DNA of 64,000 nucleotides from Malacoraja senta. Taxonomy: Eukaryota. The stretch spans positions 5,830,001-5,894,000 of the forward strand of contig CM075990.1 in the NCBI GenBank assembly GCA_038087875.1, read 5' to 3'. Positions 50,644 to 62,229 of the stretch are shown piece by piece. Within the stretch, counting starts at the first letter, position 1. Each line of letters starts with the position of its first letter. The position numbers were made by a program, and so were the translations under genes. The notes under the pieces were generated by a model. It did no database searches. It was given only the letters and a program-made list of their open reading frames with translations, and was not told the DNA's origin.

Positions 50644-50843
50644 CAAGAAAGAACTGCAGATGCTGGTTTAAATCGAAGGTAGACACAAAATGCTGGAGAA
50701 ACTCAGTGGGACAGGTAGCATCTCTGGAGAGAAGGTTTGAGGGAAGGTCTGAAGAAGAGTCTCGACCCGAAACATCACCCATTCCTTCTCTACAGGGATG
50801 CTGCCTGTTCCGCTGAGTTTCCCCAGCATTTTGTGTCTACCTT
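50644..50843. mobile_element. Palindromic Penelope-derived short element with hammerhead-like core
   Basis: Inverted arms; CTGAAGAAGAGTCTCGACCCGAAACATC at 50749-50776. Confidence 0.8.
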
Positions 50844-51040
50844 AAATTGTCATCTCCACAAGCATAGTGAGAGACATGTACAATGAAAATTTTGCATTCC
50901 ATAATCATCTAAAAATTCATTTTTATTTTATTATTTACAAATGATTTAAAACAGTACAGGTTTGGCAATATATTGCAGCTTTTACAGCATGCAAATGAAA
51001 CAAGCATAATCAATGAATTGTGATATTTCATATTCTTCAG

Positions 51041-51121
51041 GGATGTTCAAAATGTTTGAAATACCAGCTGGCGCGAGACAAATTCAAATAGAAGAAACAG
51101 AACCATCCACAAATCTAATTT
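51041..51121 (+). CDS. ADAMTS14: ADAMTS14 exon (~15), spacer MFKMFEIPAGARQIQIEETEPSTNLI
   Basis: cttcag|GGATG ... CTAATTT|gtaagt; 81 nt, phase 1-1; IPAGAR spacer motif. Confidence 0.93.
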
Positions 51122-51221
51122 GTAAGTTTTTCCCTGGATCTAGTAAGTTATCAATATTTGAGTCTGTAAATTGTTTTTTGCGTATCAGATAAAGTTGAAA
51201 TAAACATCTATGAAGATATGT

Positions 51222-51347
51222 GTAGGAAGAAACTGCAGATGCTGGTTTAAACCAAAGCTGGAGTAACTCAGCGGGTCAGACAGCATCTCTAGAGAAAAGG
51301 AATACGTAACGTTTGGGGTCGAGACCCTTCTTCCTTTTCTCCACCAG
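51222..51347 (-). mobile_element. Penelope-derived short element
   Basis: 11 bp TSD TGAAGATATGT at 51211-51221 and 51348-51358. Confidence 0.8.
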
Positions 51348-51495
51348 TGAAGATATGTTAGCTTAGAGAAGGTAATTTGGTAGTTATCCTCCAGAATTCA
51401 TGGTTGCTGTCTCATTACCTATCAGTTAAATTATCATTCTTTAATATTATAAAATAAATTATATTAAGCAATTAATAGTTATTTCTTTTTAACAG

Positions 51496-51659
51496 CTGTG
51501 AAGATTCAAGGAACTGATAATTTCATCCTCAATGCCAAAGGTGAAAATTCAAAACCAAAGATATTTATCGAAATGGGTCTGGAATGGGAGTACTCGATAG
51601 AAAGTGACAAGGAAATACTTAAATCCAGTGGTCCACTGCATGCCAGCATAATTATTTAT
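51496..51659 (+). CDS. ADAMTS14: ADAMTS14 exon (~16), spacer VKIQGTDNFILNAKG...MGLEWEY...SGPLHASIIIY
   Basis: taacag|CTGTG ... ATTTAT|gtaagt; 164 nt, phase 1-0. Confidence 0.93.
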
Positions 51660-52611
51660 GTAAGTAATGCAATAATAAGTTAGCAATTTTTAAGAAATAT
51701 ACTTATTTCCTTCTCCCCTTTGAATGTTCTAACTCATTCCAATTTTTCTAATTTCATCCCAATAGCCAGTTTATGCAATGAGTAGGAAAGCTAGTCAAAA
51801 CTGGGGTTATTATCTAACTAGAATAGAAATTTATATAAAGTTTATTTATTTCTTTGCCTTTACTTGGAAACATAAAACCTGCCCTCTTATGCACGGCATG
51901 ATCCTTGGTTTATGCACACCTAATTCAAACTGCGCCCTCCTTAACACTTCAGTGAGACAAATAAATTGCCTTGATCACCCATACTGACCTATCTCACCTA
52001 ACCCCCAATCACAGCCCAAACGCACTGAATTGGTTTCTCCTGACCTCCAGATTCTAACACAGCTACGTGATTCTCTGATTCCATGTCCCCACCTTCGCCA
52101 TCCACCTTTAACCTGAAGACCAACAGCAAATCCCTGATTCACTGCTACAAGCAAACTGTTCCCCAGCTCATGCCCCTCATTGCCAATGCCTGTCTTCATT
52201 CATTGCCATTGTACCAAACCTCGACCAAGCTTCAGATGTACCCATTTTCCATGAAGGAGGGTCCTGACCTGAAACGTCCATGTTCTTCTGGGAAACTACC
52301 TAACCTGCTGAGTTACTCCAGAACTTTGTAAACCACTATCTCTATTTCTTCATTTTCCATGCTGTTATCTGCATGGAGCAACATGTGAAGTTAAGACCTT
52401 CCCCTCAAGTAAAGCTGATGTACACAAGCCTGATACTTTAGGCCTCGGGTGCTTTTGATGTTTGAAATACAGGCCCACAACCAAAATGCTAGTTGGTAGA
52501 CTGTACTGCAAATGATCGATACAACCCATAGAGCACCAAGGAGATTCTGAGCCACTGTGTTGTGTATTTATTGAAGCTTGTTTAAATGGGAGAGGATTTC
52601 TCTTATTTCAG

Positions 52612-52777
52612 ATTAACCCACAAGGTGAAGATGCTAAATCCAATTTGATGTACAAGTATGTTATTCACGAAGATCTACTTCCTGTGATTGGCAACAACAA
52701 TGTACTCCTGGAAGAGACTGATAGTTACGAGTGGGCTTTAAAGAGTTGGTCCCAATGTTCGAAAGCCTGTGGAGGAG
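52612..52777 (+). CDS. ADAMTS14: ADAMTS14 exon (~17), ...YKYVIHEDLLPVIGNNNVLLEETDSYEWALKSWSQCSKACGGG
   Basis: tttcag|ATTAAC ... GGAGGAG|gtctgt; 166 nt, phase 0-1. Confidence 0.93.
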
Positions 52778-52934
52778 GTCTGTTATCAATAGCCTATAAC
52801 GTCATAACGCTGCATGAGAAAGCAAACAAATGATTTGTGATTTGAAAATATGGATCTAAACTGTGAATACAGATCAGTGTGGATATGTGATTTTTCATTT
52901 AAATATTTAAAGAATAAAGACTAATTGTGCCTAT

Positions 52935-55900
52935 TGTGGCATCAGCTGATACACAGACCACTTATGGTCAAACCCTCGTCAGCAGCTACGAGGGTTGGCA
53001 TGTGATGTCACGGCCTAGGGGGAGTGTCCTGCTACTTAAGCTTATCTCACCTTGAGATGAGGGCAGTCATAGATACATAGATACATAGAAAATAGGTGCA
53101 GGAGTAGGCCATTCGGCCCTTCGAGCCTGCACCGCCATTCAATATGATCATGGCTGATCATCCAACTCAGTATCCCATACCTGCCTTCTCTCCATACCCC
53201 CTGATCCCCTTAGCCACAAGGGCCACATCTAACTCCCTCTTAAATATAGCCAATGAACTGGCCTCAACTACCCTCTGTGGCAGAGAGTTCCAGAGATTCA
53301 CCACTCTCTGTGTGAAAAAGTTTTTCCTCATCTTGGTCTTAAAGGATTTCCCCCTTATCCTTAAGCTGTGACCCCTTGTCCTGGACTTCCCCAACGTCGG
53401 GAACAATCTTCCTGCATCTAGCCTGTCCAACCCCATAAGAATTTTGTACGTTTCTATAAGATCCCCTCTCAATCTCCTAAATTCTAGCGAGTATAAGCCA
53501 AGTCTATCCAGTCTTTCTTCATATGAAAGTCCTGACATCCCAGGAATCAGTCTGGTGAACCTTCTCTGCACTCCCTCCATGGCTATAATGTCCTTCCTCA
53601 GATTTGGAGACCAAAACTGTACGCAATACTCCAGGTGTGGTCTCACCAAGACCCTGTACAACTGCAGTAGAACCTCCCTGCTCCTATACTCAAATCCTTT
53701 TGCTGTGAAAGCTAACATACCATTCACTTTCTTCACTGCCTGCTGCACCTGCATGCCTACTTTCAATGACTGGTGTACCATGACACCCAGGTCTCGCTGC
53801 ATCTCCCCATTTCCTAATCAGCCACCATTTAGATAATAGTCTGCTTTCCTCTTTTTGCCACCAAAGTGGATAACCTCACATTTATCCACATTATACTGCA
53901 TCTGCCAAACATTTGCCCACTCACCCAGCCTATCCAAGTCACCTTGCAGTCTCCTAGCATCCTCCTCACAGCTAACACTGCCCCCCAGCTTAGTGTCATC
54001 CGCAAACTTGGAGATGTTGCCTTCAATTCCCTCATCCAGTTCATTAATATAAATTGTAAATAGCTGGGGTCCTAGCACTGAGCCTTGCGGTACCCCACTA
54101 GTCACTGCCTGCCATTGTGAAAAGGATCCGTTTACTCCTACTCTTTGCTTCCTGTTTGCCAGCCAGTTCTCTATCCACATCAATACTGAACCCCCAATAC
54201 TGTGTGCTTTAAGTTTGTATACTAATCTCTTATGTGGTACCTTGTCGAAGGCCTTCTGAAAGTCCAGATACAACACATCCACTGGTTCTCCCCTATCCAC
54301 TCTACTAGTTACATCCTCGAAAAATTCTATAAGATTCGTCAGACATGATTTACCTTTCGTAAATCCATGCTGACTTTGTCCAATGATTTCACCACTTTCC
54401 AAATGTGCTGCTATCCCATCTTTAATAAGTGACTCTAGCAGTTTCCCCACTACCGATGTTAGACTAACTGGTCTGTAATTCCCCGTTTTCTCTCTCCCTC
54501 CCTTCTTAAAAAGTGGGGTTACGTTTGCTACCCTCCAATCCTCAGGAACTACTCCAGAATCTAAAGAGTTTTGAAAAATTATCACTAATGCATCCACTAT
54601 TTCTGGAGCTACTTCCTTAAGTACTCTGGGATGCAGCCTATCTGGCCCTGGTGATTTATCGGCCTTTAATCCATTCAATTTACCCAACACCACTTCCCGA
54701 CTAACCTGGATTTCACTCAGTTCCTCCATCTCCTTTGACCCACGGCCCCCTGCTATTTCCGGCAGATTATTTATGTCTTCCTTAGTGAAGACGGAACCAA
54801 AGTAGTTATTCAATTGGTCCGCCATATCCTTGTTCCCAATGATCAATTCACCTGTTTCTGACTGCAAGGGACCTACATTTGTTTTAACTAATCTCTTTCT
54901 CTTCACATATGTATAAAAAAATTTGCAGCCAGTTTTTATGTTCCCTGCCAGTTTCCTTTCATAATCTATTTTCCCTTTCCTAATTAAGCCCTTTGTCCTC
55001 CTCTGCTGGTCTCTGAATTTCTCCCAGTCCTCTGGTATGCTGCTTTTTCTGGCTAATTTGTACGCATCATCTTTTGCTTTGATACTATCCCTGATTTCCC
55101 TTGTTATCCACGGATGCACTACCTTCCCTGATTTATTCTTTTGCCAAACTGGGATGAACAATTTTTGTAGTTCATCCATGCAGTCTTTAAATGCCTTCCA
55201 TTGCATATCCACCGTCAACCCTTTTAGAACTAATTGCCAGTCAATCTTGGCCAATTCACGGCTCATAGCCTCAATGTTACCTTTCTTTAAGTTCAGAACC
55301 GTTGTTTCTGAATTAACAATGTCACTCTCCATCCTAATGAAGAACTCAACCATATTATGGTCACTCTTGCCCAAGGGGGCACGCACAACAAGACTGCTAA
55401 CTAACCCTTCCTCATTACTCAATACCCAGTCTAGAATAGCCTGCTCTCTCGTTGGTTCCTCTACATGTCGGTTTAGATAACTATCCCGCATACATTCCAA
55501 GAAATCCTCTTCCTCAGCACCCCTGCCAATTTGATTCACCCAATCTATATGTAGATTGAAGTCACCCATTATAACTGTTTTGCCTTTGTTGCACGCATTT
55601 CTAATTTCCTGTTTGATGCCATCCCCAACTTCACTACTACTGCTAGGTGGCCTGTACACAACACCCACCAGCGTTTTATGCCCCTTAGTGTTTCGCAGCT
55701 CTACCCATACCGATTCCACATCCTCCAAGCTAATGTCCTTCCTTTCCACTGCGTTAATCTCCTCTCTAACCAGCAAAGCTACCCCACCTCCTTTTCCTTT
55801 TCTCTATCCCTCCTGAATATTGAATATCCCTGGATGTTCAGCTCCCAGCCTTGGTCACCCTGGAGCAGTCAACAGGTAGCTGAGCCCGAGAGAACAACCT

Positions 55901-56024
55901 CGCTCAGCTACAGCAGCAATGATAATTACGTTAGTGGACCAACTTAACATGTAACACCTGAATAAAACTGCTGTTTGAACCTGCCTGACGTCTGGCCTTA
56001 TTCACCACGTTTGGTGCCGCTACA
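52935..56024 (+). mobile_element. Solo LTR (~290 bp; 52935-53069 and 55872-56024) split by CR1 copy B; 4 bp TSD suggests Ty3/Gypsy
   Basis: CTAT|TGTGGCATC … GGTGCCGCTACA|CTAT; TG…CA termini with imperfect terminal IR; AATAAA at 55961. Confidence 0.75.
53070..55864 (-). mobile_element. CR1-clade LINE, 5'-truncated young copy B, near-identical to copy A
   Basis: ORFs 53818..55776 and 53167..53802 are in one frame with a single stop; TSD GCAGTCA at 53063-53069 and 55865-55871. Confidence 0.95.
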
Positions 56025-56225
56025 CTATGCAATTATTACTGATGCAAAAGTAGCAGTATATTTGCCGTACTAATTCAGTACAAAAGGGAATGTGAATAGT
56101 TTTGTCCATATTTACTCTGTACAGTACAGTGGAAAAAAAACACCACTACAAATAGAGATTTTTGCTGTACTCTATTGATTATTTTTCACTGCAAGATCAT
56201 AGTAATATTGTAACAATATTTTCAG

Positions 56226-56358
56226 GCATTCAATATACAAAATATGGATGTAGACGACAAAGTGACAGTAAAATGATGCAAAAGAATTTCTGTGATAACA
56301 ATAAAAAACCGAAGCCTATAAGAAGACGTTGCAACGTTCATGAATGCACACAGCCATC
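56226..56358 (+). CDS. ADAMTS14: ADAMTS14 exon (~18), TSP1 IQYTKYGCRRQSDSKMMQKNFCDNNKKPKPIRRRCNVHECTQP
   Basis: tttcag|GCATT ... CCATC|gtaagc; 133 nt, phase 1-2. Confidence 0.95.
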
Positions 56359-56523
56359 GTAAGCATAATGATATTCTTTTCTCTCTTGGAATTCACTTGT
56401 AGATTTGAGAGCATAGTTTCAGATTCTGTGAATCTCACCATTCAAGGACAACAATTCAAAATGGTTGTTAATGTTGGTTAAACTGTTACACGTTGCCATT
56501 TTTTTCTTTTTGTATCATTGCAG

Positions 56524-56731
56524 GTGGTTAACAGAGGAATGGGGATTTTGTAGTAAAACTTGTGGAAAATTAGGAATCCAAGTAAGAGTTGTACAATGTA
56601 CCCAATATCTTAACGAGGGTGCCAATAGAACAGTGCACACCAAGTACTGTGTCGGAGATCGCCCTGGCAGTCGGAGAGCATGTAATCGCACACCATGTCC
56701 AGCGCCGTGGCGGACAGGAGCTTGGTCTCAG
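56524..56731 (+). CDS. ADAMTS14: ADAMTS14 exon (~19), TSP1 WLTEEWGFCSKTCGKLG...CPAPWRTGAWSQ
   Basis: ttgcag|GTGGTTA ... TCTCAG|gtacta; 208 nt, phase 2-0. Confidence 0.95.
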
Positions 56732-58149
56732 GTACTAACCTGATTCTTCAAACAAAGCCAAATTGTCAAAATGGTTACCCTTGTGGTTTAATCAAAAGTT
56801 AGATTCCATAAATATAAGACAACCATTGATAAGTCTAGGAATGAATTTGTTGGAGTAGTAAAATATAGAATATGCTTCTGCATAAGTAGAAGAAATGCTC
56901 TAATATTCATTGCAAATCAAAAGAAGCATTGGAGAGTGGTAGGCATTTTACGGTAGAATAACATTATGCATGTTTCTGCTCATCTTACCGCCCATTGGGA
57001 AATTCAAACACCTGACATTTTGATGGAAATTTTGCTTGATTTCCAGTATAAAATTACCCCAGATGGCTTCAACACTTATGCACGGCATTTGTTTCTGCCA
57101 TGATTTACAAACTCCCAGGTCTGAAAATTACCTGTTTTTATTTACTCACAGATGACACAACACCTACCAAATTAATTCTTCTGAAACCAGTGCAAGCACT
57201 CAAATTCCATTCTCTGTTTCCATCTGGAACTTCCTGCATCCTCAAATATGACCTTGACATGTATATGTAGACAGCTTTCCTTTGAAGTTCAATGTCATGG
57301 CCATTCTCAGCTTCCGAGCCTCTGGATCACTCTAATGTACTCTCTTATCTCTGCTACTCTTACCGGTTTCTGGTCTTAAATTAGGGTGTTCACCCATTAT
57401 CTACTTCTCTTTCAGCCTACAGGTCTGGGAACAGTGAGAGGAGCATGGTGATCGCAGGATTGCGTGCATTAATTTAGTATTAATTTGTTCTTGACAATTT
57501 CTGCCATTAGAGCTTGCCTTTAACTGTTTGGGGCGTTTTGCTTAAAGAACATGCCTCCAGTAGATATCATTCTCCACTCTGACCCCCTGGGACCACTCTC
57601 CAACCTCCCTCCCATATTACAACAGCCATTCATTAAATAGCATTGCTCCCTTGTAGCTGGAAGAATTCTGCTTTTATATCATTTTAAAGGTTACCTGTAT
57701 CTCTCGTGAGCAGAAGTCAACAGTTAAAAATCTTTCAATTGAGTAATAGCCGCACACATTGAAACGGACATATTGTGGACACACTGTTCACAGGGTAGCC
57801 CAACAATACTGTTCTGGGATTGTCACAATCATAAATCAGGAATTTCACTTACAACAATGTTAGGGTGACCACTGTGCTGTTTTAATATTAAAGCAGCTTC
57901 TTAGGCTAATATCTTTCAGAGGAAGTTAGATAAGAATAGAAAGATATGCTGATTAACTCAGATGCTATGAAACTTGTATACATTGGAGGGAAGACCGCAT
58001 TACTGATTCCATGAAATGCATCCTAAGTAAAGACATTTTAACACGTTCTTATAGAACATTCATTGTATCTCGATCATCATATTTAGAGCATATTCCTGTT
58101 GCCAGAATTTATTGTTATTCTTACTCTGCCCTTAATTTTCATGGTCCAG

Positions 58150-58282
58150 TGCTCTGTGACTTGTGGCGAAGGTTTCAAGCAGCGACAGGTGGTGTGCCGA
58201 GACAGTGGTGTGTCGAGCATCAGCCATTGTGTGGGTGAAAAGCCAGAGAGTGTACAAGCCTGCAAACTGGCGCAGTGCAATG
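58150..58282 (+). CDS. ADAMTS14: ADAMTS14 exon (~20), TSP1 CSVTCGEGFKQRQVVCR...CVGEKPESVQACKLAQCN
   Basis: gtccag|TGCTCT ... AATG|gtaagg; 133 nt, phase 0-1. Confidence 0.95.
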
Positions 58283-60191
58283 GTAAGGACATGGCCATGT
58301 CTAAGCTGGCCTTATTTCAATGTGTTCTCCATGTTATTAAAATTAAACATGTTCAGATTGTCACACAGAAGACCATCAACATTATGTGAAGCACATTTAC
58401 ATAAACAGCAATATTTTAAGTATACTTTATAATGTTGGTTTCCTATGAAATGCAGAGTTACATTTAAGTAGATTTTTGGTGCCAATCCACCTAAAGTAAA
58501 TAGGAGGTGCCAAGTAATTCATTCCATGGCAAAGGAATGAATTGTGGAGACAACACAACATGCTTTCACTATTGCAGAGTGTGTTTAGCACAACTGATGT
58601 GCAGGTTTTAGTTTAGCTTTATTTTCAGTATATACTAAGGAACAGTGAAAAAAAGCTTTGTTTTGCATGAACCGTACCAAATTGGGGAGAGAAGCAAGAT
58701 TCAATGGGGTAGATGAAGTTTAGTAAATGAGCCTGAAAGGTGGAGGGATAAGGTTGAAAAGGAAAATCAAAGAGACTGGGGAAAAAATAAACTAGAATTT
58801 TTGGAAGTTCTGTATTGTCAGAGGATCATCAGAGGATGTTAGAGTATAATAGTGGCATTTTTAGTCAGCATATAGAAAGCACAACAAGAGGAGTGAATTT
58901 AATTCCTTTAGTAAATCTGAATGGTGCAAAAGGTGTCAGTGGGAGATTAGAATGAATCATAATTCAGTCCGGTTTAGCACAGTGTTAGAAAAGAGAGAGA
59001 TTTATAAATGATACTGAAAGCACAACCCTGTGGAAAGCCTGGATTATTACAGAAATTGTAGAGGTGAAATTAAAATTATGAGGGTAGAAAGGATTTCAAG
59101 AAAGGCTAATGGGGTAGACTGATGGAATAAATTATGAGGAAAGAAAAGGGGTCCAAATTGATGCCAAAGTGTGCAAAGTTTAAAATTAATATCTTTAAGA
59201 GAAGAGTGTGCTGATGCAATGTGCATTAAGGAAGAAGAATGTTGGGTATAGGAAATGATAAACAGAAAGAGATGACATGTTAAGGGATATAGCATCTTTA
59301 AAAATAAGTAATTTGCCATGACAGGAGGATAAATGCACTCCAGGCTCTTAAAAGAACAAAAGGAGGAAATAATGCAAGCTCTGATTATAGTTTTCCAATG
59401 CTCTTTGCTTCCAGCATGGTACGAGAAGACCGATGTGATGCACTTAAACGGGTAGAAAGTGAGCGGCTGAGTAATCACACATTGATCTGTCCGGCATCAA
59501 TAAGGGAAAATTGTTGCAGTACACTCTGGGGGAACACATAAATCAATACTTAGAGAAGCATGGGTTAATCCAGGATAGACAGCACATATTTGTTAAGAGG
59601 AAGTCATGTCTGACTAACTTGGCTGAATTTTTTTGGAGGCTAGAAGGAAGGTCGATGTGAGAAGAATATTTTTGATCTGATCTATTTGTTATTAAGTGCA
59701 ACCCTTGGTAGTTTCAGATGGAAGAAAGTAAAAGCTCTTGAGATTTGGAGGGACTGACATTGGATTGAAAGCTAGCTGAGAAAGCAAGAGGTGATTGTCA
59801 ATAAGATATTTATTGATAGGAGAGCTGTATAAAGTGGGGTTCTACAGATCCTTGCTTTTTTGTCGTAGGCAATTTGCGAACATTAGACGTAGAAGTGTGC
59901 CATTGTGCCATTTTCCAGCAGACACCACTTTCCCCCTTAATGTCCAAATATCTATCAATTTGTGTTTTGAATGAACACAGAGACTGAGATTCAACAACTT
60001 TCCAAGGTGGTCATTTCTAAGTTCACCATCCACTGCATGAAGAAATCTTCACTCATCTCAAGCATAAATAATTTACTTCTCATTCCAAAACTGTGTCCCT
60101 GTTCTAGACTTTGCCTCAAGGACAAACTGTTTTCTTGCTTTAAGTTCTTTAATAATTTTATATGTTTAAACTTGGGAGCCACAATTGAGAT

Positions 60192-60533
60192 CGACAAAAG
60201 TGCTGGAGAAACTCAGCGGGTGCAGCAGCATCAATGGCTAAAGGGATCAGGGGGTATGGAGAGAAGGCAGGTACAAGATACTGAGTTGGATTATCAGCCA
60301 TGATCATATTGAATGGCGGTGCAGGCTCGAAGGGCCGAATGGCCTACTCCTGCACCTATTTTCTATGTTTCTATGGAGCGAAGGAAATAGGCAACGTTTC
60401 GGGCCGAAACGGTTTCGGCCCGAAACGTTGCCTATTTTCTTCGCCCCATAGATGCTGCTGCACCCGCTGAGTTTCTCCAGCACTTTTGTCTACCTTCGAT
60501 TTTCCAGCATCTGCAGTTCCTTCTTAAACATTT
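60192..60533. mobile_element. Palindromic Penelope-derived short element containing a CR1 3' fragment (~60237-60370)
   Basis: Near-perfect inverted arms centred near 60410; 15 bp TSD AGCCACAATTGAGAT at 60177-60191 and 60534-60548. Confidence 0.85.
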
Positions 60534-61147
60534 AGCCACAATTGAGATGTTTGCCAAGAATAACAAACTTGGTTGATGGTGAGAATGCAGGTTACAGAAG
60601 GATATCGGTGGACTGGTTTGGTGAACAATTTGGTAATTTAAGCAAAATAATACACAATAAATGGTGAGTTACAAAGAAATATAGAAGGATCTTGGAGTGA
60701 GCGTACACAAATCCTTCAAGGTAGCAGTACAAATAAATAAAATGTTTGAGAAAGTATGCATGATATTTATTTTGGGGGCTGCAGAAGAGAGCAGGGTTAC
60801 GGCAGGGTCCCAATCCGGTGAACTATTTGTAACGTCAACAGTTTGCACGTCGGAAATGCGGCCGCAACCAGAGTTCCCACAGGAGCACGAAATGTCTGCA
60901 GCCCTCTAGCAGCTGGCAAATCCAACCTCCTCCCCCCCCTCCAACTCCTATTCTATGTGTGATCTATGGTTTTTACTTAAGACAAGTGATCGTGAACAGG
61001 GAGGAAGGATATGATAGCGCTCGGAAAGTGCAACAAGATTTACAAACACATTATATTAAACACATTATCAGTGCCTGAGATATATACTCGTAAGGACAGA
61101 TTGGCTGGATGAGGGATTTTTTGGAACAAAGGAGAATGACAGTATCT

Positions 61148-61309
61148 TGTTTAAGAAAGAACTACAGATGCTGGAAAATCAAAGGTAGACAAAAATGCTG
61201 GAGAAACTCAGCGGGTGAGGCAGAATCTATGGAATGAAGGAAATAGGCAACGTTTCGGGTTCTTCAGAAGGGTCTCGACCCGAAACGTTGCCTATTTCCT
61301 TCGCTCCAT
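61148..61309. mobile_element. Palindromic Penelope-derived short element
   Basis: 15 bp TSD AGAATGACAGTATCT at 61133-61147 and 61310-61324; inverted arms. Confidence 0.85.
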
Positions 61310-61870
61310 AGAATGACAGTATCTATCATTGAGATGAAAATTATTAGAGGGCTTGTCAGAGTGCATAAATTGGATCTCGTTCCCTTGCATATAAGACAAT
61401 AAATATAGCATATAAGTTTAAATTCAATAGTTGAACGATTGGACAGAATTTGGAAGTGGAGGGTCTGGAAATGTCACAGTGCAGGGCAAGGATCTGAAAA
61501 CCACTGACACAAGACCTTAACACATTGTTAAATAGTACTCAGTTGACCATAAAGAGCCATGACTGACAGGTGAGCTGAAAAGTTAAATTGGCCTGGTTTG
61601 TTTTTGACCACCGTGAACACGCTGGGCCAAATTATTTGCATCTGTGGCAAAAATGTTTGATTCTATGAATTCCTGGGCACCTATTGGGAATTCTGGTGTA
61701 TGGATCAGTGATTATTGCATGTAATTGTTTGTACATTGACAGAAGATTAAAGAGTTTGATGACCATTATGTCCAAATTCTCTGTATACATTTTTAAGTGG
61801 TGTTGGTCTGTCAGAGGTGTGTTAATTAAAAAGAAAAATTGTGCTTTTATGTATCTGCCTTTGTAAGTTT

Positions 61871-62033
61871 ATGTGTAGAAAGGAACTGCAGGTGCCGGTT
61901 TACACCGAAGATAGACAGAAAATGCTTGAGTAATTCAGTGGGACTAGGCAGCATCTCTGGATAGAAGAAATGGCTTTCTATCCAGAGGTGCTGCCTATCC
62001 CACTGAGTCACTCCAGCATTTTGTGTCTATCTT
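61871..62033. mobile_element. Palindromic Penelope-derived short element
   Basis: 12 bp TSD CTTTGTAAGTTT at 61859-61870 and 62034-62045. Confidence 0.8.
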
Positions 62034-62118
62034 CTTTGTAAGTTTTTGATTTTTTACTAGCATGATAGAAAGTAAAATAAAATATAAATTTTCTCAAAAA
62101 TCCCTTTGCCCCTTTTAG

Positions 62119-62229
62119 GAAAGCCTTCTGTTTTCACTCCAAGCATGGAAACCACTGAGCAAGTTACTCCACAGGACCAGTGGGTGTCACAGCTCGTACC
62201 TGAGAAGCTTCTTCTTAAAACAGCAGCAA
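62119..62229 (+). CDS. ADAMTS14: ADAMTS14 linker exon (~21), KPSVFTPSMETTEQVTPQDQWVSQLVPEKLLLKTAA
   Basis: ccttttag|GAAAG ... GCAGCAA|gtaaat; 111 nt, phase 1-1, open in the required frame; TPQDQWVSQ resembles TPEGQWVPQ, recalled from the human ADAMTS14 linker. Confidence 0.75.

Larger units (their letters stand above)
58650..61670 (+). mobile_element. Old, heavily decayed CR1-like LINE, interrupted by several younger elements
   Basis: Recognisable remnants: cagcacatatttgttaagaggaagtcatgtctgactaactt (QH.FVK..SCLTNL), ttacagaaggatat…ggactgg, gatcttggagtg…gtacacaaatccttcaaggtagcagtaca; boundaries approximate. Confidence 0.6.

Noticed and set aside
37498..55864. Segmental duplication or assembly duplication explaining the two CR1 copies
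   Set aside because: Similarity is confined to the elements; flanks, 5' truncation points and junction structures differ, and copy B has its own TSD inside an LTR.
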